Of a stretch of DNA of 64,000 nucleotides, positions 63,347 through 64,000 are shown in pieces. The stretch's first letter is position 1. Every line of letters begins with the position of its first letter. The translations under genes were made by a program, and so were the position numbers. Origin of the DNA: Somniosus microcephalus (taxonomy: Eukaryota); the NCBI GenBank assembly GCA_052327205.1, contig CM126226.1, positions 41,354,001 through 41,418,000 of the forward strand, given 5' to 3'. Below the pieces are notes generated by a model. The model did no database searches. It had not been told where the DNA came from and worked only from the letters and a program-made list of their open reading frames with translations.

Positions 63347-63429
63347 ATGGACCAAGTGTCAGCAAGTGTGTGTGTGCTGTTCCTCGGGGTGACCGCTGCT
63401 ATTAACTCGGGAATATTGCAGCCTGACAT
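63347..63429 (+). CDS. MEGF6: Probable MEGF6 coding exon 1 (signal peptide); gene continues beyond the window
   Basis: AAAATGG Kozak; MDQVSASVCVLFLGVTAAINSGILQPD+AT|gtaagt, a hydrophobic signal-like segment ending LQPDM like human ...LQPGM-PHVC; head-to-head with TPRG1L as in human synteny. Confidence 0.7.
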
Positions 63430-63769
63430 GTAAGTACCGATTTAAAATACGACAATAGTTAAAGACGCTTCGTGACTTTAAAAGTTAATTTTAGGATCTC
63501 CGAAAACTTTTATTGGTCCAATTTGGATATTGAAGCGTTCTTTCCAACTGGGCAGATGAATGTACAACTCGGACAGTCAGTGGCTGGGGTTTGTTTTGAA
63601 CGGGAGCGCCGGTTCATTGCTTGGCTGTTGGATCAGAAACACATTTATTTCACTATCTGTCTGACACGATCGGGTCATGAGGTGGAGCCGAGGGGGAGGA
63701 GATGGGTTCCACCCCGGTGAATTTCACTAATAACTCTTTAGCATTTCAAGCAACCGTTTGATTAACTTC

Positions 63770-63900
63770 ATAGAATGATACAGCACAGAAGGCGGCCATT
63801 CGGCCCATCGTGCCTGTGCCGGCTCTTTGAAAGAGCTCTCCAATTAGTCCCACTTGCCAGCTCTTTCCCCATAGTGCTGCAAATGTTTCCCCTTCAAGTA
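63770..63900 (-). mobile_element. CR1 3' tail
   Basis: catagaatgatacagcacagaaggcggccattcggcccatcgtgcctgtgccggctctttgaaagagc. Confidence 0.8.
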
Positions 63901-64000
63901 ACTTTGTTGAAAGTTACTAAACTTTTAGAAAAGTTTCTCAGTAGCTGGTACTTTGTTAGATTATCCCCATATGTTGTGGCGTTTCATGTAAAAGCAATAC

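Overview
This is eukaryotic vertebrate genomic DNA, most likely from a cartilaginous fish (shark); that assignment is inferred from the CR1/L2 LINEs, HE1/SacSINE1-like SINEs and Penelope-type ends. The window holds the syntenic block equivalent to human 1p36.32. It contains a complete 12-coding-exon WRAP73/WDR8 gene (+, ATG 762 to TAA 41254, 449 aa by my exon assembly) and a complete 5-exon TPRG1L/Mover gene (-, 54291 to 47505, 286 aa) lying tail-to-tail with it. The probable first coding exon of MEGF6 (+, 63347-63429) sits head-to-head with TPRG1L. Introns and intergenic DNA are packed with CR1, L2 and RTE LINE fragments, SINEs, Harbinger remnants, Tigger-, hAT- and MULE-like MITEs, and a Helitron-like insertion. 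I found no novel protein-coding system. The best second-look items are: (1) a minimal, probably dimer-acting hammerhead ribozyme motif in Penelope-derived fragments; (2) a young Helitron-like element carrying a promoter-like cassette and a ~760-bp C/T tract; (3) a WRAP73 exon that regenerates the upstream splice donor (a recursive-splicing configuration); (4) a 9-bp-TSD MULE-like MITE; and (5) a G-rich VNTR abutting the WRAP73 start codon. All comparisons to human proteins and repeat families are from memory, not from database searches.
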